A stretch of 64,000 bases of DNA from Octopus bimaculoides (GCF_001194135.2 NC_068999.1:12330929-12394928); one strand, 5' to 3'; counted from the stretch's first letter, positions 39,376 to 53,183 are shown. A program made the numbers and translations. Notes: generated by a model from the letters alone, not told the origin.

Positions 39376-40249
39376 TTATCATGTATATAGATTTTGTCGT
39401 TATTACTATCTGCCACCTTCAGCAACAGCCTATTGCATCAATATTTCATGTCACAAATACTGCATTATTGATATCAGATAAGTATCTTAACGGTAGCATC
39501 TATATTATTTCTGAACGCATGCCGTAGTAAACTTTAACTCCTAGATTAGTGCCACTGCTACAAATCAAGAAGAACAGTTCTCCATGACCCTAATCGTTCG
39601 CTCCTCCCAGCAGTCGTATCACTTTCAAACTGCAAAATGGAATCTTAAAAATGCTCTGTAAAAACATAATAGACTGGAAAAAACATAACAGAATCCTACT
39701 TCTGGCACAGTGGTAGCTTCAAACTTTTGCTAATTTGATGCAAACCACTCTTAGGAGTAACAAGCCATTCTTAACAGTAACAAAACAAGCGTGGGAATAA
39801 AAGCAACACACAAGAATAACAATAGAACAACAGTAGCATTAACAGTAATAAAGCAAAATTAGAAACAAGGGCAGTAACTCATTCTTCATTGGGAAACCTC
39901 ATATATCTTGTTTAAATCTAATTGAAATACGATCGTTTGGTAAAATATATGCTCCTGGAGGCGTTAACTTTTATGGAGGAATGTATGATTAGCTATTCCC
40001 ACATGTATTTCCCTTATCTAAGATTGAGCAATCTGATTCAAAGAAGGTTGAGCAGCCCTTTCTTTCTAATTGAGCAACTTCAGAGGTTCTATCCGGGTTT
40101 GAAATATTCAAACACTAAACCGGCTCTCGCTAGACATTCTATTTTGATATACAGAATTTCAAAGGGACATAAGTTGTAGTGAAGGAAGCCTTGAAATATC
40201 AACGGTTCTAGCTCACATCTGAAGGTGTTCGGAAGTGTTCATGGTTGGT

Positions 40250-40619
40250 TGGCACTCCGTTGGTTACGACGACGTGGGTACCAGTTGATCCGATCAACCG
40301 GACAGCCTGCACGTGAAATTAACGTGCAAGTGGCTGAGCATTCCACAGACACGTGTACCATTAACGTAGTTCTCGGGGAAATTTCACAGGACACAGAGTG
40401 TGATATTGCTGGCCCTGTGAAATACAGGATAACAGAAACAGGAAGCAAGAGTGAGAGAAAGTTGTGGTGAAAGAGTACAGCAGAGTTCACCACCATCCCC
40501 TGCCAGAGCCTCGTGGAACTTTAGATGTTTTCGCTCAATAAACACTCACAATGCCCGGTCTGGGAATCGAAACCGCGATCCTACGACCGCGGGTCTGCTG
40601 CCCCAACCGCTGGACCATT
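40250..40619 (-). mobile_element. SINE-C (subtype C1), full length
   Basis: tRNA-like head on the minus strand (AATGGTCCAGCGGTTGGGGC...GGTTTCGATTCCCAG); body and 3' end are highly similar to 49906-50282. Confidence 0.9.
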
Positions 40620-41089
40620 AACCAACAAATATATTTGTGTTCAATTCTGAAAATCCCTTCATTACCTACGTCTCAAAGAATATGTATACGTCTCCCCATC
40701 TTCACCTCTTGATGATAAACATATTTTTGTCACATATGGTAGTAAGTTATCGTATTTGGTGTTGTTATTTGGTACTACTTTAAACGCTAGCATTATACGC
40801 TCTATGAGAAATCGTTAACTTTGATATATTTCATTTTATATCTCAAATATGATTGACTTAAAGTCACCGATCCATTTGAACATGACCGCAGTGTCAGAAA
40901 TCTAAAATTGACAAAAGGGAGTAGAATTATAATTAACGTTGGTCTTACATTTGAGCGTGATATATATTAACGAGTCTCCTAGTTGACAGGAATACATATA
41001 TATGTCTGTATACGTACTTGTGTGTGTTCGTAACTTACATAGTTCCATATACGTGTAGGTAATATACGTATACACACACATACTTTTCC

Positions 41090-41149
<60 letters not shown>

Positions 41150-41157
41150 TTATTCAT

Positions 41158-41203
41158 TCATGTGTTTCAGCCAAGTGGCTGCGGTCATGCTGGTGCACCA
41201 CCG
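41158..41203 (-). mobile_element. Short SINE/LINE 3'-tail fragment
   Basis: Reverse complement GGTGGTGCACCAGCATGACCGCAGCCACTTGGCTGAAACACATGAATGAATA has the same CAGCATG.CCGC, stem-loop, GAAAC layout as the SINE-B tail. Confidence 0.65.
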
Positions 41204-41830
41204 TGATGTTCACGTTCCTCGGATATATATATATATATATATATATATGCGTGTGAGAGAAAGAGAAAGCGAAAGGGAACTATGGAGAGACAGGCAGAGC
41301 GAGTGATATCATCTTTTATCGCCTGACTCCCCTTATCTCTCCCGAAGGTGAGATACTGCTCATTAGTTATTTATTCCATTTTTCTCGATAGAGAAATAAA
41401 TGAAATAAATGAAATGAAATGAAGCGAACACAACACATAATTTTAACATTTTTACTCAGTTTGATTCTCCTTTGTTTTATCCTTTCATCTACGAAGTCCT
41501 TTGTAATCGTAGATAAAAGCTGCAATTAGATTTTGATTTAATCTCCTCGGTGCAAAATAATTATTGTTCTGTTAATTGCATTATTTACATTACAAAGAAA
41601 GCATACACACACATATTTATATACGCGCGCGCAAGCACATACACACAGATATATATATATATAGATATATGATATATGAATGTATATAAATATGTATGTG
41701 CAATTTATTTTTGGCATAGTACAATATGTCCCGCAAGATGCTTAGTAGTTTCATACGTAAGACTACAGTAGCGGGCACACACACATGCATATGTATACAC
41801 ACATTTACATACACACAGACGTATATATAC

Positions 41831-41955
<125 letters not shown>

Positions 41956-42625
41956 TATGCATACACACACATTAATATATATACACACATACATACATAA
42001 GCATACACAGACACACATATACACGAATCCGCCTATCAATGAGTGCACTTTTAGATATATCGATTTTATATGTATGCATATATATATAAGAAAAATAAAT
42101 CTAGATAGTTTCAACTGATTCTGTAGCTCTACTGATTCTGGTAAACACTGCCATATTTTACTAGAAAGCTTGCAGTTTAAATGACAACGTCACATATTTT
42201 GCAGTCGAATATGTAATCAATTAAATTGCTTCTGGAAATTATACGTTGGCTATTTTATACACGCTGGAACGAAAAACGTCAAATTTGACATCGGAAATAT
42301 TTCACCTGAATACGTAATATTACAAGGCATATGGACAAATATTTTAAGCAAAAAGAAAAAGAATAATGAACAAACAAACAAACAAAAATCGCTCATACCC
42401 GTACACGTGTGCTTCAGCATATATAATTCCATAGGTAACCTTGGCAATTTCTTGAAATTATTAACTTCGGACTGATGTCAATTGCAGTGTATTTCACGGG
42501 GCATAATATGAGAATGCAAAATACAGGTAGTTAAAAACTCTAAGAATTTTCTTCGGATTTGAGCCTATTCAGTGACCAAGAGACAATGCGTCAATAACAA
42601 AAGGTTGATATCTAAAGTATACGAT

Positions 42626-43009
42626 TTACTCTTTCACTCTTTTACTTGTTTCAGTCATTTGTCTGCGGCCATACTGGAGTACCGCCTTTAGTCGAGCAAA
42701 TCGATCCCAGGACTTATTCTTTGTAAGCCTAGTACTTACTCTATCGGTCTCTTTTGCCAAACCGCTAAGTTACAGGGTCGTAAACACACGAGCATCGGTC
42801 GTCGAGCGATGTTGCGGAGACAAACACAGGTACACAAACATATACACACACATACATATACATATATACAACGGGTTTCTTTCAGTTTCCGTCTACCAAA
42901 TCCACTCACAAGGCTTTGGTCGGCCCGAAGCTATAGTAGAAGACACTTGCCAAACATGCCACGCAGTGGGAATGAACCCGGAACCATGTGGTTGGTAAGC
43001 AAGCTACTT
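42626..43009 (-). mobile_element. SINE-B, near full length, missing the first about 20 nt
   Basis: Reverse complement aligns with 17700-18110. Confidence 0.9.
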
Positions 43010-44147
43010 CATTTCAACAATTTGGCCATTAAGGCCTTACAAAGAGGGGCGAGCAAAGACAGACAAACATAAAGTAGCTTCGGGCTGGACACAGACATTA
43101 ATGGGATGATGGTGATAACAACATAGACGAAATAATAAATGGGAGGATGAAATAATAATGGGAAAAATATCTAAGATGAATAACATATTTTACATAGCTT
43201 TCTAAGATGGTCATTCATTATTTAAGAAGGCAAAAAATAAATAAGATCGAACACGTTGTTAATAATATTGTATTGGTTTACTAGATGGGTAGACCCATTG
43301 AAGACTTTATTAAGAACCGAGTATTCTTGTTGAAATGCCTGTGAATGAGCAGAAAAATAGGATTGTTGTATTGCTGCCCACACCAACATGAATTATTACT
43401 CATTTAAACTGATTGAAATATATCATGCACAATCAATGGACGTATACCTGAGGACTTATGAAAATGAACTCTAAAAATAATGTTTTGTGTCTTCCTCAGC
43501 GGAGGACAGTCTCTTGCCTAGACTCATCTTTACGTTTAGTTTGGCAATACAAGTAATCTTCCGGTGACTGGGTTTTGTTCTCCTTGCTTAGTTGTGGAAT
43601 CATTCGACTAGTAGCAACTACAGCTACAATACTGAGTAAGACTATACTTGTCAAGATTCAATATTCGACTATATCTATCTGGTGTCTGCAAAGTTACAAC
43701 AGAGAATGACTAAAACGAATATATGACCTCCACTTTTCCATTGTTATTCTTTCTTTAGTGATTCTCAAAAGTATTTAAAGCAAACTCGACGTAGCATGGT
43801 TCGAAGGCTAATCTAGATTGCTGAAACGATATCATAATCAGGGACAAATGTCCCAGCATTTACTTTATCTTTAAATAGTCAATAGTATTCACTCGTTGTT
43901 CTATTGATATGCATATATAATTGCTCACTAAATTTGTGTCTGTAGTCCGGAATATATTATTAGATGGAGAAAACTTTCCCAATAGGAGACAGGAAAGAAA
44001 ATCAATGTAGAAAGAAACTTATAATTTTAGTTGTATAACTTTAGAAATATTTTCAAACTGTGTTAATTGAACCAACGTGACTAGATTCAGAATATATCAA
44101 AACATGACTATAGCAATTTCTTTTTGTATTTTTTGAAAACTATAACA

Positions 44148-44191
<44 letters not shown>

Positions 44192-44359
44192 TGTAAATTA
44201 AACTTTATTAAATACAAAACAAACAGTGATTAAAAAGTGAAATGAGTAAATATTCAAACTGTGATATCGTCATTGTATATTTGAATCTTTTATTTCCATT
44301 CGGATGTTTACGAATGATGATAATAAGGAGGGTAAGAATGGAATAGTCGTAGCACCAGA

Positions 44360-44377
44360 ATTAATAATAATAATAAC

Positions 44378-44436
<59 letters not shown>

Positions 44437-44451
44437 TAATGGTGATAATGA

Positions 44452-44535
<84 letters not shown>

Positions 44536-44542
44536 GAATAAC

Positions 44543-44601
<59 letters not shown>

Positions 44602-44654
44602 TAATATTAATAATGATAACGATGATGATAATAATAATGATACTAATAATGATG

Positions 44655-44710
<56 letters not shown>

Positions 44711-44730
44711 GATAATGCTGATATTAATAG
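44360..44730. repeat. Long (TAA)n mosaic with TAC/TGA blocks
   Basis: Read directly from the sequence. Confidence 0.95.
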
Positions 44731-45073
44731 TGGAATTTCGTTATGATGAATCAGTCTTCATTTTTAAAATGATAATATTTTTGTATGGCTGGTGAAGGAG
44801 ATAAATTTAAAAGAAACAACAGCAACAAAAACAACAGTAAGAGCAACAACAACAAGTACACTGAAATAGATTTCCCTTGATTGTAATATATGCATGTCAT
44901 GATCTATTTTACATAAAGTATCTTTTTATACTAATTTGTTTAGTTTCCTATCATGTTAATAACAACTGATACATTATTAAGAAATAAATTGAATAATCGG
45001 CTTATGTTTTGACGTTCGGCGTACAAGTATGAATATTAGCGATGTAATGCGACAAACAATACACGGAAAGACA

Positions 45074-45133
<60 letters not shown>

Positions 45134-45200
45134 GATAATAATAATAATAATGGCAATAATAATAATAACAACAACAATAACAATAATAATAGTAATAATG

Positions 45201-45294
<94 letters not shown>

Positions 45295-45338
45295 TGATGA
45301 TAATATTAATAATAATAATAATAATAGCAATAATAATT
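45074..45338. repeat. Long (AAT)n mosaic array
   Basis: Read directly from the sequence. Confidence 0.95.
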
Positions 45339-46329
45339 AAACGATGAAATGAAAGTGATAAAACATGAGAAGTAAACAAAATGCAACTCATTTCTTTCAA
45401 ACACAAGAATTGTGAATAAGTCATTAAGTATGAAACCACAAGCACAATGTTATCAATATACAGGATTTAGAATTTACAGGCAACTGGAGACCAGTGTCAA
45501 ATGCATTTTCATCAGCTTGTTTGTTTTGGGCGCTTTATTATCATTTGTTTTGCATTAGTGTTTAATTAAACATAATATCACTTCATTTCAAAAGCAAATG
45601 TACTTTATCTAAGTCAAGTCGACTCAAAGAGAGAATTACTGGCCCCTGAACGTGATGATATTTTGTTTAGCTTTGTGTGTGTACTGTTAGCAACGGAAAC
45701 GAAAGAATATATATATATATATATATATATACATACGTAGTAACAAAACGTAGCTTTTTTACCTTGTCTTAATATTCTGAATACATTCATCTGTTTATTC
45801 CATGTGCATATTATAAGGTATTACTATTTGGGAAAATGTTACTGACAATATCCACGTCATATTGACGAATCGAAATATGTCGTAATTACAGTTTTGCCGG
45901 CCATTATTTTGTCAGCAATATTTGTTATTGTATTTGTTTTGTTGTTGTTGTTATTGGCAAGCTGGCAGAATCAGTAGCACTATGACATCAACAATAAAAT
46001 CGATAACAAAATGAAGAGGTTTGCTGAAGTAATAAACATCTAGAGAGAAATGTTAAAAATTCCCTCTCGAGCACAATATTCATGAACTTTCAAAAGTAAA
46101 AGACACCATAAAAGTTGACAGTGGTAAGACATCAGCGCTCGTTCCACCCGAAATAAATAAGGTAAAACAAAAAAGGAAAGCATGGTTTAAATGCGTATCA
46201 CCTGGAGTAGGAGGTCTGAAATAGCTTCCATCAGTGACGACGGGAATGTCCTCAGCGAAATTTTAATGCGCGTGGCTCACCTATAGAAAGGTTGGTGGTG
46301 GTGGGGTGTGGCAATGTTCCAGCATTGAA

Positions 46330-46790
46330 GTTATGTTTAACAGCGAGGACCACGTGTGAAGACATGCATTGTCACCCCAGCAGGCTGAGGAGGGTATCCT
46401 ATGTCCCACCTACTTCTCGAAGAGAACGACTAGAATTGGAGTCAAAGGTGTGCCGCCAAGTGTAAACGTCCGGTGGATCGTCACCTGTATGGTGCAGCTC
46501 CCAAAGTCACACCTGGACATAAGAAGGAGCAGCAGGGATGACTGCAGATATTAATCCATAGAGATATCAATCGATGTAGAATCAGATATTAATCCATGTC
46601 AAATTGGAGATATTAATCCATGTAAAGCCAGAAAAAATATCGTGAAGATTCCGGACCTGATCTAGCTGCTCAACAGGGTGGAACTGCTTGTCATTGTGGA
46701 AAGCAGAAAGCCCAGATGTGACACCTGTGAGTTCACAATTTATCTGAGAGCCTTCTGCCCTAAAACGTCGTGGGGTACGCGGCCACACCT
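46330..46790 (+). mobile_element. Possible L1/Tx1-type LINE ORF1 (gag-like) remnant
   Basis: GC-rich island; ILCPTYFSKRTTRIGVKGVPPSVNVRWIV and LLVIVESRKPRCDTCEFTIYLRAFCP resemble the recalled Tx1 ORF1 V.GVPP block and a decayed EGR..C..C...GH....CP knuckle. Confidence 0.45.
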
Positions 46791-46799
46791 GCCTCTGTT

Positions 46800-47890
46800 T
46801 TGTTTTGGAATGAGCTTTACTTAAGAAGACTGCGATGGTTTTCAAGGCTATTTTCTGCATATTACACTTATTCTTAAGTCCTGGTGTTTTGGTTATGTAT
46901 TTGTTGTTTTAGATCATACATAATGCATACCCTATTATAAGCAGAGTTCCTGTTTGTAGGCTCCATATTCAGTTCATCTCTATTTCCAGATCTTTCTATT
47001 TTGACAGAATCTCCGATTCTTTTAGAAAGTTTTGGGATTTATTTATTGATTAGAAGAAATTTTTCTTGCTCTCACTGTCAAGTGAAGCACGTGTAGATGC
47101 CTTGACATGTGCATTGGTATAACCAGAATGTTGTTCCTTTGACATTTTCGAGACCATTTCTTGGACATGACTAAACCATCTTTTATCTGTTGTCATTCTA
47201 TAGTGCTGACATATTTTCCACTGTATATCAGATCCAAATATGTCTATCTGTGGATGCATTATTGACAGTCAGATGCGATCTCATATATTGTTTCATCACC
47301 ATCACCACATAATCTGCAGTTACTTTTATTTTTCTTCATTATATGTTTCTCGTGATTTCTGGTGAGAAGGCTTAGATTTTGGAAGGCATTAAAATCCCGT
47401 CAGTCTCCACTTTGAGTCCTGGTCTCCAAACATTTCTGGCATTCTACTTTGTCTATTTATTTTCTATTTAGCATATACTAGTATTTGCCATTTAAGGATT
47501 TTTCTTGCCATAGTTCTATCATGGTATTTTATTTGTTCGAGTTTCAGTTTAGGTCAGGTGCTCTACAGTTTTCGTTTCTTCTTTCTCTGACCATGTATTT
47601 TGGTCTTCTTTGAAGACAGGAAACTATTTATTTGTTTGTGTTGTTATTTCTTTCTTTTGAGATAGATATGTCTGTAATCCAGTGCCGCATATTTCATACA
47701 AGTTGTGTAGCTGTATAAGGTCTCTACCCGCTTTAATCCGTTGCATATATAACCTTTCTTTCAGATTTTGAGTGATGCATTCTAAATTTCGTCATGATGT
47801 TTGTTGTTTTCCTGTCTAGTTTCGTTAGTTAATTCAGTTTCCAATTAAGATTATTGTAATTGTAACATTTAACGGTGACAGCTAGAGTAT
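46800..47890 (-). mobile_element. R4/Dong-like (RLE-clade) LINE remnant, C-terminal third of the ORF
   Basis: NTLAV...NWKLN*LTKLDRKTTNIMTKFRMHHSKS...LYMQRIKAGRDLIQL; GLKVETDG; CRLCGDGDETIYEIASDC (CCHC); QWKICQHY; EILSK*KDLEIEMN*IWSL...KYITKTPGL...NMQKIAL (RLE C-terminus). Confidence 0.85.
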
Positions 47891-48501
47891 TGCTATCTAT
47901 TATCTTGTTTTCGCATTGAGTTCTGTTTTAAGTATTAATCTAACTTGTTTATATTATTCTTTCCTTATCTTCCCTTTCGTTTGTCTGTGTTGTACTGTAT
48001 CTAAATCATTGATTCTGAATTATTTGTATTCCTGGCTTTAGCCTATTTCTCTTATTTAGATTTTTTTTTTTTTGTCTACAACGTTAATGTTACTGTTAAC
48101 TAGATTTCAACTTTTCAAGGTTGCTTTGTCACATTATTCTGAGCCGAATTTCGTATTTATTACTTTGATAAATCCATGTCGCGTTTCTAATAGTGTTTTT
48201 CGTTTACTTTTTCATCATTTCCAGCATACTATTTCATCTGCATAAAAGAGGTGGTCGATTATTTTACCATAGCAATTATGTTCACAGCCAATTCTGTTTA
48301 AAAAGTCTGTTAAAGGCGTTAATGTAAGAGAGAATGTGAGTGAAAGGAATGAGTCTGATTGGAATATTCCTTTTCTAACGAGGAAAGGCTTTAGTTTTAT
48401 AATTCACTCCTTTGTCTGGAGCGCTGTGTTATCTAATTCATAATCGTTGTAGCATCCTTGTTCACGGTCGGTGTTCCTATGATCCATGTGGAAGATGTTA
48501 T

Positions 48502-48770
48502 TAATATTATTATTATTGAGTGAGAGAGCAGAGCATGACATCAAAGTGACGCTGGAGTAATATATACGAGTCCCAGTATACCCATCGTGACTACTCGCCT
48601 GACAAGGGTACACCAGACACATGCATTACAACCATATATGTGCGACATGGTAATCTCATATCAAGATAAACAGTGAATGTCCTTGCACGTGGAGTCCAGT
48701 TGGAATTTTCTGCAAGTCGAGTAGCGCATCCCCCTCAAAAGGTCCCTGAATAAGGGTCGCATAAGGATAT
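48502..48770 (-). mobile_element. GC-elevated island ending in a (TAA)n-like tail, probable retroelement 3' end
   Basis: About 270 bp of higher GC bounded by (TTA)n and (TTC)n. No second copy in the window and no recognised peptide. Confidence 0.35.
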
Positions 48771-49769
48771 TCTTCTTCTTCTTCTTCTTCTTCTTCTTCT
48801 CATTATTAGTATTATTATTATGCTCACATATCATTTGTATCATTATATTATCGAACGTCACGCGTCCATTTGCAAGTAAGTTTTAACTATATATATATAT
48901 ATATATNNNNNNNNNNNNNNNNNNNNNNNNNNNNNNNNNNNNNNNNNNNNNNNNNNNNNNNNNNNNNNNNNNNNNNNNNNNNNNNNNNNNNNNNNNNNNN
49001 NNNNNNNNNNNNNNNNNNNNNNNNNNNNNNNNNNNNNNNNNNNNNNNNNNNNNNNNNNNNNNNNNNNNNNNNNNNNNNNNNNNNNNNNNNNNNNNNNNNN
49101 NNNNNNNNNNNNNNNNNNNNNNNNNNNNNNNNNNNNNNNNATATATATATTTATATATATATAAAGGTCGTTAAAACAATATTTTCCCCACCTCTTTTGC
49201 CTCTTGGCATTGTTAATACTTTATATATTTCCCATGAAGTAATTTCATCAGTCGGTTTTCTTGGATTTCAGCTGCATAGAACTCTGCTTTATACTGTATT
49301 GGGTCACGCTAGAAGATCCGTATCCGCTAGAAGATCTCTCTGTGATAGCCACATGATTCTATGAATCAGTATACTACAGATTTACATATAAATACATATG
49401 TAAAAGTATATTCATACACAGGTGTATATATACTCTTATGCATATATGCAGATTTTCACACGTACATATAGCTGCATATTTGACTATCCAATACATACAC
49501 CCACCATAGTTTTGGAAAGAATAAAACTTCTAAATTACAAAGCATACCCCGAACTACATAGAGAACTGGACGCAAATTCACGTGAATTGCCAACCAGAAC
49601 TATTATTTACTCCTTTCTTTCAGTTCCAATATCTTCAGACTGTAAAATAAATGCTCTCTAGCTTTCCAATATATACCGATATTCGTGTCGATGAATGAAT
49701 CAAGGAATTTTAAGAGAAATGAAAGGATTTGTGAAAGTTTGGATCCTTCGCTAGATGAAGGAATCATAA

Positions 49770-49905
49770 ATTGCTAATCAATGGGAAAAGTTGTACTTTT
49801 AGCTATTGCCGTTAAAATATTTTATTCTTTAATTGTTGAGCGTTACTCTGATACAGTATTATAGGAGTTCACTTTCTTACTGTGGCACGTAATATTTTTG
49901 AGTGT
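49770..49905 (+). repeat. 136-bp direct repeat, copy 1 (abuts the SINE-C 3' end)
   Basis: Ungapped alignment to 50302-50437 with 18 mismatches by hand count (about 87% identity). Confidence 0.92.
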
Positions 49906-50282
49906 GACACTCCGTCGGTTACGACGACGAGCGTTCCAGTCGATCCGATCAACATAACAGCCTGCTCATGAAATTAACGTGCGAGTGGCTGAGCACTCCA
50001 AAGACACGTGTACCCTTAACGTAGAGTTCGGGGGAGATTCAGCGTAACCGCTCAGTGTGACAAGGCTGGCCCTTTGAAATAGAGGTACAACAGAAACAGG
50101 AAGAAAGAGTGAGAGAAAGTTATGTTGAAAGAGTACAGCAAAGATCGCCACCATCCGACTGTCGGAGCCTCGTGGAGCTTTAGGTGTTTTCGCTCAATAA
50201 GCACTCTCAATGCCCGGTCTGGGAATGGAAAACGCGATCCTACGACCGCAATCCCGCTGCCCTAACCACTGGGCCATTGAGC
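49906..50282 (-). mobile_element. SINE-C (subtype C1), full length
   Basis: Minus-strand head GCTCAATGGCCCAGTGGTTAGGGCAGCGG; aligns end to end with 40250-40619. Confidence 0.92.
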
Positions 50283-50301
50283 TTCCATACATGAATCGGA
50301 G

Positions 50302-50437
50302 ATTGCTAATCAATGGTTAAAGTTGTGCTTTTAACGACTGCTTTTTAAATATTTTATTCTTTAATTCTTAAGCGCTATTCTGATACAGTATTATGGGAGT
50401 TCATTTCCTTACTATGGCACGTGATATTTTTGAGTGT
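50302..50437 (+). repeat. 136-bp direct repeat, copy 2
   Basis: ATTGCTAATCAATGG...ATATTTTTGAGTGT, matching copy 1. Confidence 0.92.
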
Positions 50438-50958
50438 ATATTGTGGTGGTATATTAAGCTGAATTTTTTAAAATAAAATTTTATTCTTAAAAAAAGAAGG
50501 AATTGAATAATTTTCGAAATTAGTTTCAGATACAAATTTTGTGAAACATATATGGCTTGCTGTCTTTAGATGTAGTTTCTGCTGTACGTTTCATTGACAC
50601 GGTTTATGATGAATCGGGGATACGTACCCATCTCTACAAGATGGCGAAGCTTAGTAATGTTTCGGTATTAGTAAAAGTAAGCAACTCTTCCGAACTTACA
50701 GTTATAAAAAAGTTTTAAAAAATGGATATTTATAGAGATGATTAAAACCGTCTCAGACTCCATCGTCGTCGTCTCGTTGCTGTCGTCATTGTCCTCGTAC
50801 TCATCATCATCATCATCATAATTGTCATTATCTTAATTAATGTCATCCACTACATCATCACCGTAATAGAACACAAGGTTTTGTAATCAACTAAAATTTA
50901 TTTCTATTAGAATGATTTGAAATTGATCTTAATATTTCAAAATACTTTACAAATATTA

Positions 50959-51145
50959 AAATTCTGTAATATTTCAAATTACAAAATTGGAAAATCTGTA
51001 ATATTTTGAATTATAAGATCGAAATTTTGTAATCTTGAAATTGAAGCATTTCATCTGGGAATATTGGAATTTCAGGTTCCAATATTTCAAATTTTGTACC
51101 TTCAAATATCAAACTTCGAAATTATGTAATTTCAAATAACGTAAT
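50959..51145. repeat. Degenerate minisatellite with about 31-bp period
   Basis: AAATT(C/T/A)TGTAAT-like units at 50959, 50991, 51022, 51089, 51119. Confidence 0.6.
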
Positions 51146-51313
51146 TTAACATTTTATATTTTGAAGTATTTTGATAATTCCACCGTAATAATATTGCTAG
51201 CAGTGAGTTCTCTTGGTGAAATTGAGTTTTTTCTTCTTTTTTTTTCATCAAAGAATGATGGAAAAATACTAATATAACCAATCCCAACATTTGTATTGAC
51301 ATTTTTGCATTCC

Positions 51314-51638
51314 TGGCACGCCGTTATTTAGGGCAGCGAAGGTTCCAGTTGATTCGATGAATGGAACAGCCCGCGCAGGAAATTAAGTTGCAAATGACTG
51401 AGCATTCCAGAAACACATGTACCCTTAACGCAGCTTTCTGTGAGATTTAGTGTGACACAGTTGTAACAAGGCTGGCCCCTTTGAAATACAGGTACTGCCA
51501 CTTTTTGTTTAGCTAAGTGAACCGGAGCAACATGTTAAAATGATGTGGCTTGCTCAACGACACAATGCACCACCGGGAACCGAACTCCCGGCTTTATGAT
51601 CTTCAACTAGATACTCTAACCATTAAGCCACGCGCCTT
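51314..51638 (-). mobile_element. SINE-C (subtype C2: different head, CORE-like middle, same 3' domain)
   Basis: Minus-strand head GAAGGCGCGTGGCTTAATGGTTAGAG...GAGTTCGGTTCCC, then TTGAGCAAG...GTTGCTCCGGTTCACTTAGCT, then the C-type 3' domain. Confidence 0.8.
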
Positions 51639-51798
51639 CCTTTGCATCTCTGTAGCATATTATTTTTAGTCACTCTTGATGGATGTGAAGCTAATCCAGC
51701 TTTCCATTTCATGTTCTAGTGTAGCTATTGATGATATATTTGCATGAGAATCGTTTCAATGTAATTGGTATGATGGATCATCTTACGTGCATCATTAT

Positions 51799-51845
51799 TA
51801 CCTCCACCTTAGCGAAGGCGGAGGTATTGTTTTCAGTCGTGTCTC
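51799..51845 (+). mobile_element. Hairpin-bearing terminus resembling a Helentron-type non-autonomous element end
   Basis: TACCTCCACCTT-AGCG-AAGGCGGAGGTA hairpin followed by TTGTTTTCAGTCGTGT; resembles the recalled TTACCTCCGCCAAGGAGGTTATGTTTT motif. Confidence 0.4.
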
Positions 51846-52481
51846 AGCGTAGAGTGAATTGTGGTACAATATGGACAGATTTCTGAATACCAACGAACAT
51901 TTATGCAGATGTAACAATTTAAAGGATAAGCTTATTACAATGGATAATACTAAGTGGACTTATCATTTTTCTCTTTCTTTTACTTTTTTCTTTGTGACGT
52001 AATCTTGGGACTGAAAATGCTTGCGGCTGAAGATAGCTTTAAACCTTCCTTTCTATCAATTATATACTTATATAATGATACAACGACAGTTTGTGTATAA
52101 AGCTTGAAACACGTGTACCGCGATATCATTTGTGTTCTGGTTTCATTTTACGTTTTAATATATTCTTTCACCTCGGCCACTATCCGGCATATACAGTTGC
52201 TTACACTTATCAAGTATTACCTCTAAAATTTATATATATGTATANNNNNNNNNNNNNNNNNNNNNNNNNNNNNNNNNNNNNNNNNNNNNNNNNNNNNNNN
52301 NNNNNNNNNNNNNNNNNNNNNNNNNNNNNNNNNNNNNNNNNNNNNNNNNNNNNNNNNNNNNNNNNNNNNNNNNNNNNNNNNNNNNNNNNNNNNNNNNNNN
52401 NNNNNNNNNNNNNNNNNNNNNNNNNNNNNNNNNNNNNNNNNNNNNNNNNNNNNNNNNNNNNNNNNNNNNNNNNNNNNNNNN

Positions 52482-52534
<53 letters not shown>

Positions 52535-53151
52535 CTCTATCTCATTGTCTCTCTATCTCTCTTATGTTCGCTCTCCATCTCTTTCTCTCTTTCTATCTCT
52601 CTCCACCCTCTCTCTCTCTCTGTGGATATGTGTGTCTAGCCGTGTTGCGTGTCTCCGTTGTATACTACAAACTTATCAGAACGTACCTACATTAATGCAA
52701 CCAGAATTTATACCTGACAACACATTTCATATTTAAAGTATGTAATTGGTCTACACGTTCCAAAATCGTGTTACTTCTGATAGCAACACGCGTGTGTCTG
52801 TGGATATAATGTTTTGAATGGAAACTCTAATTACTGAAAAGTAATGCTTACGTTTGTAGGTGTTATAATGTCACACTTAACAAGTTTACAGCTATACGCT
52901 CACTTTATAATAGCCGTAATGAGGAAACAAGTATGCAGCTACATGGCATTTAGAATGTAAATGACATATTTACATACTAATTGTCTGTGGCCCCAATTTA
53001 AAGTGCTCATTATTTAGGCCGCTGCATAGGGCAGAAGTTGGCGGTGTTGGACAACTCGTACCTATCTCCTTCCTCTTTCTCTGTTTCTTTGTCTCTCTCT
53101 AGGTACACAGTCTGACATACACTCAGCCTCACTTTCACGTACACTTTACAC

Positions 53152-53183
<32 letters not shown>

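Noticed and set aside
45955-45981. SINE-A head fragment GGCAAGCTGGCAGAATCAGTAGCAC
   Set aside because: Only about 25 bp, too short to annotate as an element.
46546-46621. Short repeat-spacer pattern suggestive of CRISPR
   Set aside because: Repeats are 14 bp with 2-10 nt spacers in eukaryotic DNA, with no cas genes.
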